NCBI GenBank assembly: GCA_012271125.1
Contig: JAAXHB010000028.1
Location: 1 to 32,141, forward strand
Direction: 5' to 3'
Length of the DNA stretch: 32,141 bases
Source: Actinomycetota bacterium
Lineage (GTDB): Bacteria; Actinomycetota; Acidimicrobiia; Acidimicrobiales; Aldehydirespiratoraceae
Within the stretch, counting starts at the first letter, position 1, and each line of letters begins with the position of its first letter. Shown here in pieces: positions 7,660-15,114 of the stretch. The notes beneath the pieces were generated by a model, which was given only the letters and a program-made list of their open reading frames with translations, had not been told where the DNA came from and ran no database searches. The translations under genes and the position numbers were made by a program.

Positions 7660-9213
7660 ATGGCAAACAGCACGCCGAGCACGCCAACCAAGATGGCCCA
7701 GACCGCCAGCTCCAAGACCGCCAAAATCGCCGCCGTAGAACCTGGCTCACCCGCCGAGCGTGCCGGCCTCATCGCCGGCGAAGAAATCCTCACCGCTGAC
7801 GGCAAACCAGTCCGAGACGTCATCGCTTGGCAAGCCCTAATCGACCAAACCGAAGTCCCCCTCGAAATCACCACCAACGGCAAAACCCGCCAAGTCGAAG
7901 TCCGCCGCAACTGGGGCGAAACCTTCGGCGTAGAACTCGACACCGCAGTGTTCGACGGCGTCCAAACCTGCGACAACCACTGCGAGTTCTGCTTCATCCA
8001 CCAACTCCCTAAAGGCATGCGCCGCTCGCTCTACCTCAAAGACGACGACTACCGACTCTCATTCCTCTACGGCAACTTCACCACCCTCACCCGCTTCACT
8101 GAAATGGACTACGAACGTGTCCTCTCCGAAAACCTCTCACCCCTATACGTCTCCATCCACGCCACCGACCCCGACATCCGCGCCCAAATCCTCCAAAACC
8201 GCCGAGGCGCACTCTCGCTGCGATGGCTGCGCCTGCTACTCGATGCCGGCATCGAAATCCACGGCCAAGTCGTCGTCTGCCCCGGCGTCAACGACGGCAC
8301 CGTCTTGCAAGACACCCTCTGTGGCGTCCTCGACCGCTACCCCGAACTCGCCTCGCTGTGCGTAGTGCCTCTCGGCGTCTCGGACTACAACCGCCAAGCC
8401 CGCATGCGCCCCCACACCCCAGCCGAATCCGCCGCCGTGCTCGCCGAAGTCCACCGCTGGCAAGACCAATACCTCAACGTCTTAGGCCGCCGCCTCGTCT
8501 ACGCCGCCGACGAGTATTACTTACATTGCCAACAACTCTTCCCTGCTGCTGAAACTTACGAAGACGTAGACATGTGCGAAGACGGCATCGGCATGGCCCG
8601 CTCCTTCATTACCGAATTTCTTGGGGTGTCAGAGCGCGGTCACAACGAGGGGGACGTGGCGTCGGCCCATAGGACGACGCCCATCAACAACAGCTCCGCG
8701 CCGCGTGCTGGTTTTTTCGCTTGGGTTGATGGTGCGCCCGCTGAGGGCTACCGCGCCCCCCGCAACGACGACACTCCAGTACAAATCAAACCATCAGCAG
8801 ATGCTCCTATCGGCATTCTCACCGGCGAACTCGGCGCCCAAGTCCTTAAGCCCCTTATCAACAACGACAACGGTGGCATGCCAGAGCGCGGACACAACGA
8901 GGGATCCGTGGCGTCGCACCATAGTGCGACGCCCATCAACAACGACAACAACAACATTCGGGTTATTCCCGTTAAGAACGACTTCTTCGGCGGCAACATT
9001 GGCGTAACCGGCCTAATGACCGGTGCCGACCTAACGACAACACTCAACAATCAGCCCGAAAACCACCGCTATCTACTGCCCGACGTCTGCCTAAGCCGAG
9101 GCAAGTTCCTAGACGGACTCACCCCAGCAGACCTGCCACGCCCAGTTGAAGTAGTCCCAACCCACGGCGCAGCCCTCCGCCAAGCAATAAGACCCCAAGC
9201 CCTAAAACAATGA
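7660..9213 (+). CDS. PDZ domain / radical SAM / DUF512-type protein carrying two in-frame repeat-element insertions
   Basis: PDZ-like IAAVEPGSPAERAGLIAGEEIL, radical-SAM CDNHCEFCF (CxxxCxxC), and C-terminal blocks EDGIGMARSF and VIPVKNDFFGGNIGVTGLMTGADL typical of DUF512. Confidence 0.8.
   Translation: MANSTPSTPTKMAQTASSKTAKIAAVEPGSPAERAGLIAGEEILTADGKPVRDVIAWQALIDQTEVPLEITTNGKTRQVEVRRNWGETFGVELDTAVFDGVQTCDNHCEFCFIHQLPKGMRRSLYLKDDDYRLSFLYGNFTTLTRFTEMDYERVLSENLSPLYVSIHATDPDIRAQILQNRRGALSLRWLRLLLDAGIEIHGQVVVCPGVNDGTVLQDTLCGVLDRYPELASLCVVPLGVSDYNRQARMRPHTPAESAAVLAEVHRWQDQYLNVLGRRLVYAADEYYLHCQQLFPAAETYEDVDMCEDGIGMARSFITEFLGVSERGHNEGDVASAHRTTPINNSSAPRAGFFAWVDGAPAEGYRAPRNDDTPVQIKPSADAPIGILTGELGAQVLKPLINNDNGGMPERGHNEGSVASHHSATPINNDNNNIRVIPVKNDFFGGNIGVTGLMTGADLTTTLNNQPENHRYLLPDVCLSRGKFLDGLTPADLPRPVEVVPTHGAALRQAIRPQALKQ
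8630..8691 (+). repeat. In-frame palindromic repeat element, copy A (hairpin 8658-8681)
   Basis: cagagcgcggtcacaacgagggggacgtggcgtcggcccataggacgacgcccatcaacaac aligns with copy B over 62 nt. It encodes ERGHNEGDVASAHRTTPINN. Confidence 0.85.
8882..8943 (+). repeat. In-frame palindromic repeat element, copy B (hairpin 8910-8933, perfect 10-bp stem, CATA loop)
   Basis: cagagcgcggacacaacgagggatccgtggcgtcgcaccatagtgcgacgcccatcaacaac encodes ERGHNEGSVASHHSATPINN. It is flanked by the 15-bp direct repeat ATCAACAACGACAAC (8857-8871 and 8935-8949). Confidence 0.85.
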
Positions 9214-10556
9214 CCCTGCCCGTAGTCGCCGTTGTCGGACGTCCCAATGTTGGCAAGTCCACCCTTGTCAATCGCATTATTGGACGCCGCGAAGCCATCG
9301 TAGAAGAACGCCCCGGTGTAACCCGAGACCGCAAATCCGTAGCCGCCGAATGGCAAGGCAAGCAGTTCACACTCGTCGACACCGGCGGCTGGATGGCAGG
9401 CGGCACCGCCCTTGACACCAAAGTCGCCACCCAAGCCGAACTCGCCGCCCAAGGCGCCGACGCAGTGTTATTCGTCGTCGACGCCACCGTCGGCTTCACA
9501 CACGACGACCAAGAAGTCGCCCAAGTCCTCTACCCAATCGAAGCCCCAGTCATAGTCGTCGCCAACAAGGTCGACAATGCCAGTCAAGCCGACGCAATCT
9601 GGGAACTCCTCGGCCTCGGCCTCGGCGACCCCGTCGCCATCAGCGCCCTTCACGGCAAAGGAACCGGCGACCTCCTCGACCTACTCCTAGACAGTATTAA
9701 TGGCAGCGACGCCACGAGCGCCGCTGCCGCCACGAGCACCAGCACTAATGAGGGGTCAGTGGCGTCTCCCCATAGGGAGGCGCCCATCAGCACCGACTTC
9801 TCCGTCGCCCTCGTCGGACGCCCCAACGTCGGCAAATCCACCCTCTTCAACCGACTCATCGGCGAAGACCTCTCCATCGTCCACGACCAACCCGGCACCA
9901 CCAGAGACAGCGTCGACACCGTCGTCAACACCCAAGCCGGCACCATCAGATTCATCGACACCGCCGGCATGCGCCGCAAAGCCCGCATCGACTCTGGCAC
10001 CGAGTACTACTCCCTGGTGCGAGCCCTGCGCTCAGTCGACCAAGCCGACGTCTCCTTGCTAGTCATCGACTCAGCCATCGGCGTCACCCACCAAGACCAA
10101 CGCCTCGCCGAACGCATCGACGCCGCCGGCTCCCCAATCGTCGTCATCTGCAACAAATGGGACATCCTCACCACCGAAGCCAAAGAAAAAATCGCCGAAT
10201 CCCTCGAACACAAACTCAGCTTCATCGGCGGCGCACCCACCCTGCGCATGAGCGCCCTGCATGGCAAAAACGTCGACAAACTCTGGCCCGCCCTTCAAGA
10301 ATCCCTCACCGCCTACCGCACCCGCATACCCACCCGAGCCGTCAACGAAGCCATCCGCGCTGCCCAATCCGCCCAACCCGCCCCCGCCGGTGCTCGCATC
10401 CTCTACGCCACCCAGGGCGCAACCGACCCCCCCACATTCACCCTGTTCGTCAACCGAGACCTGCCCCGCACCTACCTGCGTTACATCGAAAACCAACTCC
10501 GCCACGCTTTCGACCTGACCGCCACCAGCATCAAGCTGCGAGTACGCCGCCGCTAG
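9210..10556 (+). CDS. der: Ribosome-associated GTPase Der (EngA), with a repeat-element insertion in the inter-domain linker
   Basis: Two tandem GTPase domains, each with GRPNVGKSTL, then DTGG / DTAG and NKVD / NKWD, plus a KH-like C-terminus. The ATGA overlap with the upstream CDS suggests translational coupling. Confidence 0.95.
   Translation: MTLPVVAVVGRPNVGKSTLVNRIIGRREAIVEERPGVTRDRKSVAAEWQGKQFTLVDTGGWMAGGTALDTKVATQAELAAQGADAVLFVVDATVGFTHDDQEVAQVLYPIEAPVIVVANKVDNASQADAIWELLGLGLGDPVAISALHGKGTGDLLDLLLDSINGSDATSAAAATSTSTNEGSVASPHREAPISTDFSVALVGRPNVGKSTLFNRLIGEDLSIVHDQPGTTRDSVDTVVNTQAGTIRFIDTAGMRRKARIDSGTEYYSLVRALRSVDQADVSLLVIDSAIGVTHQDQRLAERIDAAGSPIVVICNKWDILTTEAKEKIAESLEHKLSFIGGAPTLRMSALHGKNVDKLWPALQESLTAYRTRIPTRAVNEAIRAAQSAQPAPAGARILYATQGATDPPTFTLFVNRDLPRTYLRYIENQLRHAFDLTATSIKLRVRRR
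9747..9794 (+). repeat. In-frame palindromic repeat element, copy C core (hairpin 9761-9784)
   Basis: aatgaggggtcagtggcgtctccccatagggaggcgcccatcagcacc aligns codon-for-codon with the 48-nt cores of A and B. It encodes NEGSVASPHREAPIST. Confidence 0.8.
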
Positions 10557-10572
10557 CGTTATTTTCGCGCCG

Positions 10573-11673
10573 ATGGTTTCAATAGTTCTCTACATCCTCG
10601 CTGCTCTCGCTGCGGCCGGTGCGGTCGTCTACCTGCGCGCCGCAGGACATCGCCGCGACCTCATGACCCTCATCGAAACCCGCTCAGCCGAAGCCGGCCA
10701 AGAAAAAGGCAACGCCTACTCACTCGCCATGGCCGCCTACCGCAAAGAAATGCACGCCGCAATCCTCTACATGATCCTCGTGCCGGTCATGGTCCTCGTC
10801 GGTGCCCTCAGCGACTCAACCTGGCGCCTGTTCTTCGTCGCTTTCACCATCCCAACAGGCCTATCCATATGGTGGTCACGCCTAGCGGTGTCCGAAGCCC
10901 GCATGGCCCGCAACCGCTACGAAGTCGAAAGCCGCTACCACCAAGCCCTCGAACAAAAAGACCTTGCCCCCAAAGCCTGGGCCGCCCGCCTAGCCCCCGA
11001 ACAAGTCCCCGACTTCACCGGTTTCGAAATCGGACGGGTTTACGAAGCCGGCTCAGGCCTCATGTCCGGCGACTTCTTTGACGTCCACCGCCTCAGTGAC
11101 ACCCGAGTCGCCGCCGTCATCGGCGACGTCGCCGGTCACAACATCGAATCCTCCCTCACCGCCTTCCAAGCCAAATACCTCCTGCGAGTCTTCTTACGCC
11201 AATTCCGAGACCCCGCCCAAGCCTTCGAAGAACTAAACGAACAGCTCGCCACCGGCGGCGACCGCCACGAAGAGTTCATCTCCGCCTGCGTGGTCGTATT
11301 CGACACCGAAGCCGGCACCCTGCGCTACGCATCCGCCGGCCACCCTGCAATCCTGCTATTCCAACAAGACGGCGTACAATCCCTGCGCTCCACCGGCCCG
11401 CTTTTAATGCTCGACCCCCACGGCACCTACTTCTCCAAAGAAATCCAAATGGAAACAGGCGACCTCGTCATCATGTACACCGACGGACTCTCCGAAGCCC
11501 GAGCCACCAGCGGCGGCACTATGTTCAGCGAATCCCGCATCATCAAATCAGTAGAACGTGAAATCAACGCCGCCCCCGACGTCTTATGCAAAATGCTCCT
11601 CGACGCTGCCAAAGACTTCGCCCGCGGCACCATCGAAGACGACACTGCCATCATGGCCGTTCGCCGCGACTAA
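10573..11673 (+). CDS. Membrane-bound PP2C/SpoIIE-family Ser/Thr phosphatase
   Basis: N-terminal TM helices followed by PPM motifs SGDFFDV, IGDVAGHN, MYTDGLSE and DDTAIMAV. Confidence 0.8.
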   Translation: MVSIVLYILAALAAAGAVVYLRAAGHRRDLMTLIETRSAEAGQEKGNAYSLAMAAYRKEMHAAILYMILVPVMVLVGALSDSTWRLFFVAFTIPTGLSIWWSRLAVSEARMARNRYEVESRYHQALEQKDLAPKAWAARLAPEQVPDFTGFEIGRVYEAGSGLMSGDFFDVHRLSDTRVAAVIGDVAGHNIESSLTAFQAKYLLRVFLRQFRDPAQAFEELNEQLATGGDRHEEFISACVVVFDTEAGTLRYASAGHPAILLFQQDGVQSLRSTGPLLMLDPHGTYFSKEIQMETGDLVIMYTDGLSEARATSGGTMFSESRIIKSVEREINAAPDVLCKMLLDAAKDFARGTIEDDTAIMAVRRD

Positions 11674-11683
11674 CACCACATAG

Positions 11684-11893
11684 ATGCCTTGGTGTCAAAC
11701 TTGCGAGCAGTACCTAGCGCCGGCAACACTTAAAGAACTAGAGCGTTGTCCTGCTTGTGACAACGTCGTCGACAACCCAAAAGAAAAAACATCAACAGAG
11801 CGCATCCCCTGGCACTTCTGGGTATTGGTAGCAGCTGCGGTTATTTATTTAGGTTGGCGTGCCATTCAAGGGGTTGGACTTTTATTTTGGTGA
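11684..11893 (+). CDS. Small (69 aa) zinc-ribbon protein with a C-terminal TM helix, hypothetical
   Basis: CQTC...CPAC pair followed by WHFWVLVAAAVIYLGW. The second half of the ORF is G/T-rich, opposite to the window's background, so coding status is uncertain. Confidence 0.4.
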   Translation: MPWCQTCEQYLAPATLKELERCPACDNVVDNPKEKTSTERIPWHFWVLVAAAVIYLGWRAIQGVGLLFW

Positions 11894-11950
11894 CTACCTA
11901 AACGTCGGGCTGACTACCCTTGAGCGCACGGGCTGCGATGCAGTCTGTTA

Positions 11951-12025
11951 CGGGCTGTGGCGCAGCTTGGTTAGCGCGTCGGTCTGGGGGACCGAAGGTC
12001 GGGAGTTCAAATCTCCCCAGCCCGA
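11951..12025 (+). tRNA. tRNA-Pro (anticodon GGG), 75 nt, CCA not encoded
   Basis: Folded by hand. Acceptor cgggctg/cagcccg, D stem gcgc/gcgc, anticodon stem tcggt/accga with loop ctGGGgg, variable loop aggtc, T arm gggag-ttcaaat-ctccc, discriminator A. Confidence 0.9.
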
Positions 12026-12031
12026 CAAGCA

Positions 12032-12811
12032 ATGACGAAATATCCAGAGCCTGATTCGTATCTACCAACGTTCGAAACGGTCGAAGAAGAACGCACCCAC
12101 CGCAAACAACGCCTCGCAGCTGCTTACCGCATATTCGCACAACTCGGCTACGAAGACGGTGCCGTCGGCGCAGCCGGTCACATCACCGCACGCGACCCAG
12201 AGCACCCCGAAACCTTTTGGGTCAACCCCTGGGGCGTGAACTTCGCCAGCATCACCGCATCAAGCCTCGTTCGGGTCAACGAAGCCGGCGAAATCGTCGA
12301 AGGCGAAGCCTTCATGATCAACGGTGCCGCCTTCGCCATCCACTCACAACTCCACGCCGCCCGCCCAGACGTGATCGCCGCCGCCCACGCCCACTCCATG
12401 TACGGCAAAACATTCTCCACGCTCGGCCAGCACCTCCGCCCGCTAACCCAAGACGCCTGCGCCTTCTACCAAGACCACGAAATCTTCGACGGCTACAGCG
12501 GCGTCGTGGACGAACTCGACGAAGGCAAACGCATCGCCGCCACCCTCGGCGAACACAAGGCCGTCATCTTGAAAAACCATGGCCTCCTCACGGTCGGCAC
12601 CTCGGTCGACTCAGCCGCAGCAGCCTTCATCAGCATGGATCGAGCCTGCCGAACACAACTCCTGGCACAAGCTGCCGGCACACCCGACGACATCACCGCT
12701 GACGTGGCTCGCGACACCGCGGAACTGGTCGGCTCTCAGCTAGCCATGTGGTTCACCTTCCAACCCCTATATGACCAGATCGTCAAAGAACAACCCGACC
12801 TACTTACCTAA
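12032..12811 (+). CDS. Class II aldolase/adducin-family protein
   Basis: RKQRLAAAYRIFAQLGYEDGAVGAAGHITARD, AHAHSMYG and ILKNHGLLTVG are typical of the class II aldolase/adducin N-terminal domain. The ATG lies only 6 nt after the tRNA 3' end. Confidence 0.75.
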   Translation: MTKYPEPDSYLPTFETVEEERTHRKQRLAAAYRIFAQLGYEDGAVGAAGHITARDPEHPETFWVNPWGVNFASITASSLVRVNEAGEIVEGEAFMINGAAFAIHSQLHAARPDVIAAAHAHSMYGKTFSTLGQHLRPLTQDACAFYQDHEIFDGYSGVVDELDEGKRIAATLGEHKAVILKNHGLLTVGTSVDSAAAAFISMDRACRTQLLAQAAGTPDDITADVARDTAELVGSQLAMWFTFQPLYDQIVKEQPDLLT

Positions 12812-12835
12812 TAACGACAACACCTGCTGCGCCGG

Positions 12836-13864
12836 CTAACTCACCCGAATCTTTCCGGTTCCATCGACGACAACACCGACGACAGCCACATGATGACCTG
12901 ACTCAGACAACTCAGCAACAACAGCCTGAGCCGGCCCTTCCCCGACGACGCCTAACAGCAGCCCACCTGAGGTCTGCGCATCAGCCATAAGCGTCAAGGT
13001 TTCCTCGTCCACCCCATCACCAACATCTAAGTGCTCCCGCACCCACTCCAAATTGCGCTGCGTCCCCCCAGGCACATGCCCAAGCAGCTCCCGCACCCCA
13101 TCCAAAACCGGCACCGACCCCGCGTCAATCACCAAATCCACCCCCGACTCCTGAGCCATACGCAACCCATGCCCCAACAACCCAAAACCGGTCACATCCG
13201 TCGCCGCGGTCGCACCATGACGCAACCCCGAAGCCGCCGCCGCAGCATTCGTTCGCATCATCTCAAAACAAGCCGCCTCCACCACATCATCACCAGCAGC
13301 CCCTGCCTTAATCGCAGTAGCCACAATCCCCATCCCCAACGGTTTCGTCAACACCAGATGATCTCCAGCCCGCAGCCCCGCGTTTGTCAATATTCGATTC
13401 GGATGCACCTCACCCAAAACCGCCATCCCGTACTTCGGCTCAGGATCATCCACGCTGTGCCCGCCACCTATAACAAAGTCACATTCACCAGCAATGTCAG
13501 AACCCCCAGCCAACACCTCGCTCAAAATGTCGCTCGACAGCTCTGCCGCATTCCACGCCACAAGGTTGAGCGCCATCAGCGGACGCGCCCCCATCGCATA
13601 CACATCAGACACCGCATTGGCAGCAGCTATCCGCCCCCAAGTGCGAGCATCATCAACAACGGGCGTGATGAAATCAGCCGTCAAAACCAGGGCGCGCTCA
13701 GGCTCAAGCACCCACACAGCGGCGTCATCGCCGGTGGCGGTGCCCACAACCAGTTCGGAGGCTTCAATTTGAGTGAGGCTGCGCACAACTTGCGCTAACT
13801 CGCTAGGAGCGAGCTTGCAACCTCAACCAGCGCCGTGACTGAACTCAGTTAACCGCTTCGCCAT
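12836..13864 (-). CDS. selD: Selenide, water dikinase (selenophosphate synthetase) with in-frame UGA = selenocysteine at 13823-13825
   Basis: Extending the track ORF (GTG 13786) upstream in frame gives ATG(13864) MAKRLTEFSHGAG-TGA-GCKLAPSELAQV. This matches the SelD motif SHGAG(C/U)GCK. A GGAGG Shine-Dalgarno lies 6 nt upstream of the ATG. The rest matches SelD (DDAAV, TADFITPVVDD, GRIAAANAVSDVYAMGARP). Confidence 0.9.
13790..13822 (-). promoter_or_regulatory. SECIS-like stem-loop immediately 3' of the selD UGA
   Basis: The minus-strand RNA reads UGA-GGUUGCAAGCUCGCUCCUAGCGAGUUAGCGCAA. CUCGCU pairs with AGCGAG (6 bp), extended by G-U and A-U pairs and an outer UUGC/GCAA helix. Confidence 0.55.
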
Positions 13865-13962
13865 AGGTCACCTCCGTTTCTCAATTGCCTGTCCTTATCG
13901 TCCACTAAGCCTTCTGCCCGCGTCGATCTATGGCGCTATTTTGCCCCATTAGCGTCACCTAG

Positions 13963-15075
13963 GTGAGCAGCCCCCAACTCAACACTGCTGCCACTGAGCT
14001 ATTCGGCGTCCGCTATCCCATAGTGCAAACCGGCATGGGCTGGGTCGCCGGCCCCTCCCTAGTTGCTGCCACAGCCAACGCTGGCTGTCTCGGCATCCTC
14101 GCCTCAGCCACAATGACCATCGACGAACTACGCCAAGCCATCGCCGACATTCAACAACGAACCGACAAGCCCTTCGGCGTCAACATGCGTGCCGATAGCG
14201 CCGACCTCGGTGATCGCATCCAAGTTCTTATTGCTACCAATAACGACGACGACAACAACACCGACGACGACAACAACAATGCCAACACCGACAACAACCA
14301 GATACGCGTAGCTAGTTTCGCCGGCGCACCCGCAGCCGACGACATCAAACAACTCCAAGACGCCGGCATCGCAGTAATGCCAACAGTCGGCGCGGTGCGT
14401 CACGCAGAAAAAGTCGCCGAACTAGGCGTCGACGTCATCATGTGCCAAGGCTCCGAAGGCGGTGGCCACACCGGAGTCGTCCCCACATCGCTGCTATTAC
14501 CACAAGTCCTTAACGCTGTTGACGTGCCTGTCATCGCCGCCGGAGGCTTCACCGACGGACGCGGCCTCGCCGCAGCCCTTGCCTGGGGTGCCAGCGGCAT
14601 CGCCATGGGCACCCGCTTTTTACTGACCCAAGAATCCAAAGTTCCAGCCAACATTAAAACCGCCTACCTCAACTCCTCGGTCACAAACACAGTCGTCACA
14701 GACCGAATCGACGGCTCACCGCAGCGAGTCATCAAAACCAAACTCGTCGACACCCTCGAATCACGCAACCCTTTGCGCTGGCTCTTAACCCTCGTCCCAT
14801 TAACCCTCGTCAACGCCCTGCGTTTCAGAAAACTCATCGGAATGCCCACACGACAACTCCTGCGCGAAGCCCGCTCAATGAAACGCAACATGTCGCTGCA
14901 GCAAACCTTGATGGCACCAAACGCCGCCATGCTCACTCGTGCCAGCCTCGTCGAAGGCAACCACAGCGGAGTCCTACCCACCGGTCAATGCGTAGGACTC
15001 ATAGACGACCTCCCAACGTGTGAAGAGCTCGTGCAGCGCATAGTCACCGACGCTCAAGTCGCCCTCACCCGCTAA
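13963..15075 (+). CDS. Nitronate monooxygenase / 2-nitropropane dioxygenase-family FMN oxidoreductase with an N/D-rich insertion
   Basis: YPIVQTGMGWVAGPSLVAATANAGCLGILAS, GSEGGGHTG and VIAAGGFTDGRGLAAALAWGASGIAMGTRFL match the NMO/FabK-like TIM-barrel pattern. GTG start. Confidence 0.8.
   Translation: MSSPQLNTAATELFGVRYPIVQTGMGWVAGPSLVAATANAGCLGILASATMTIDELRQAIADIQQRTDKPFGVNMRADSADLGDRIQVLIATNNDDDNNTDDDNNNANTDNNQIRVASFAGAPAADDIKQLQDAGIAVMPTVGAVRHAEKVAELGVDVIMCQGSEGGGHTGVVPTSLLLPQVLNAVDVPVIAAGGFTDGRGLAAALAWGASGIAMGTRFLLTQESKVPANIKTAYLNSSVTNTVVTDRIDGSPQRVIKTKLVDTLESRNPLRWLLTLVPLTLVNALRFRKLIGMPTRQLLREARSMKRNMSLQQTLMAPNAAMLTRASLVEGNHSGVLPTGQCVGLIDDLPTCEELVQRIVTDAQVALTR
14239..14298 (+). repeat. 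GAC/AAC triplet low-complexity tract (NNDDDNNTDDDNNNANTDNN) inside the NMO CDS
   Basis: aataacgacgacgacaacaacaccgacgacgacaacaacaatgccaacaccgacaacaac. Confidence 0.9.
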
Positions 15076-15114
15076 CCACCCGTTCCCTGCTCAACGACAA
15101 CTATTTTCTGACTC

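Noticed and set aside
11891-11957. CGGGCTG x3 and TGACTACC x2 upstream of tRNA-Pro as att-site remnants of an integrated element
   Set aside because: The repeats are only 7-8 bp and match the tRNA 5' end rather than the usual 3' end. No integrase or foreign gene block is adjacent.
11951-12025. Possibility that the tRNA near selD is tRNA-Sec (selC)
   Set aside because: The anticodon loop reads ctGGGgg (Pro). The length is 75 nt with a 5-nt variable loop and a 7-bp acceptor stem. It has neither the long variable arm nor the UCA anticodon of tRNA-Sec.
13031-13798. 255-aa + strand ORF antisense to selD
   Set aside because: The translation is a low-complexity His/Arg/Pro-rich peptide, while the opposite frame is a textbook SelD.
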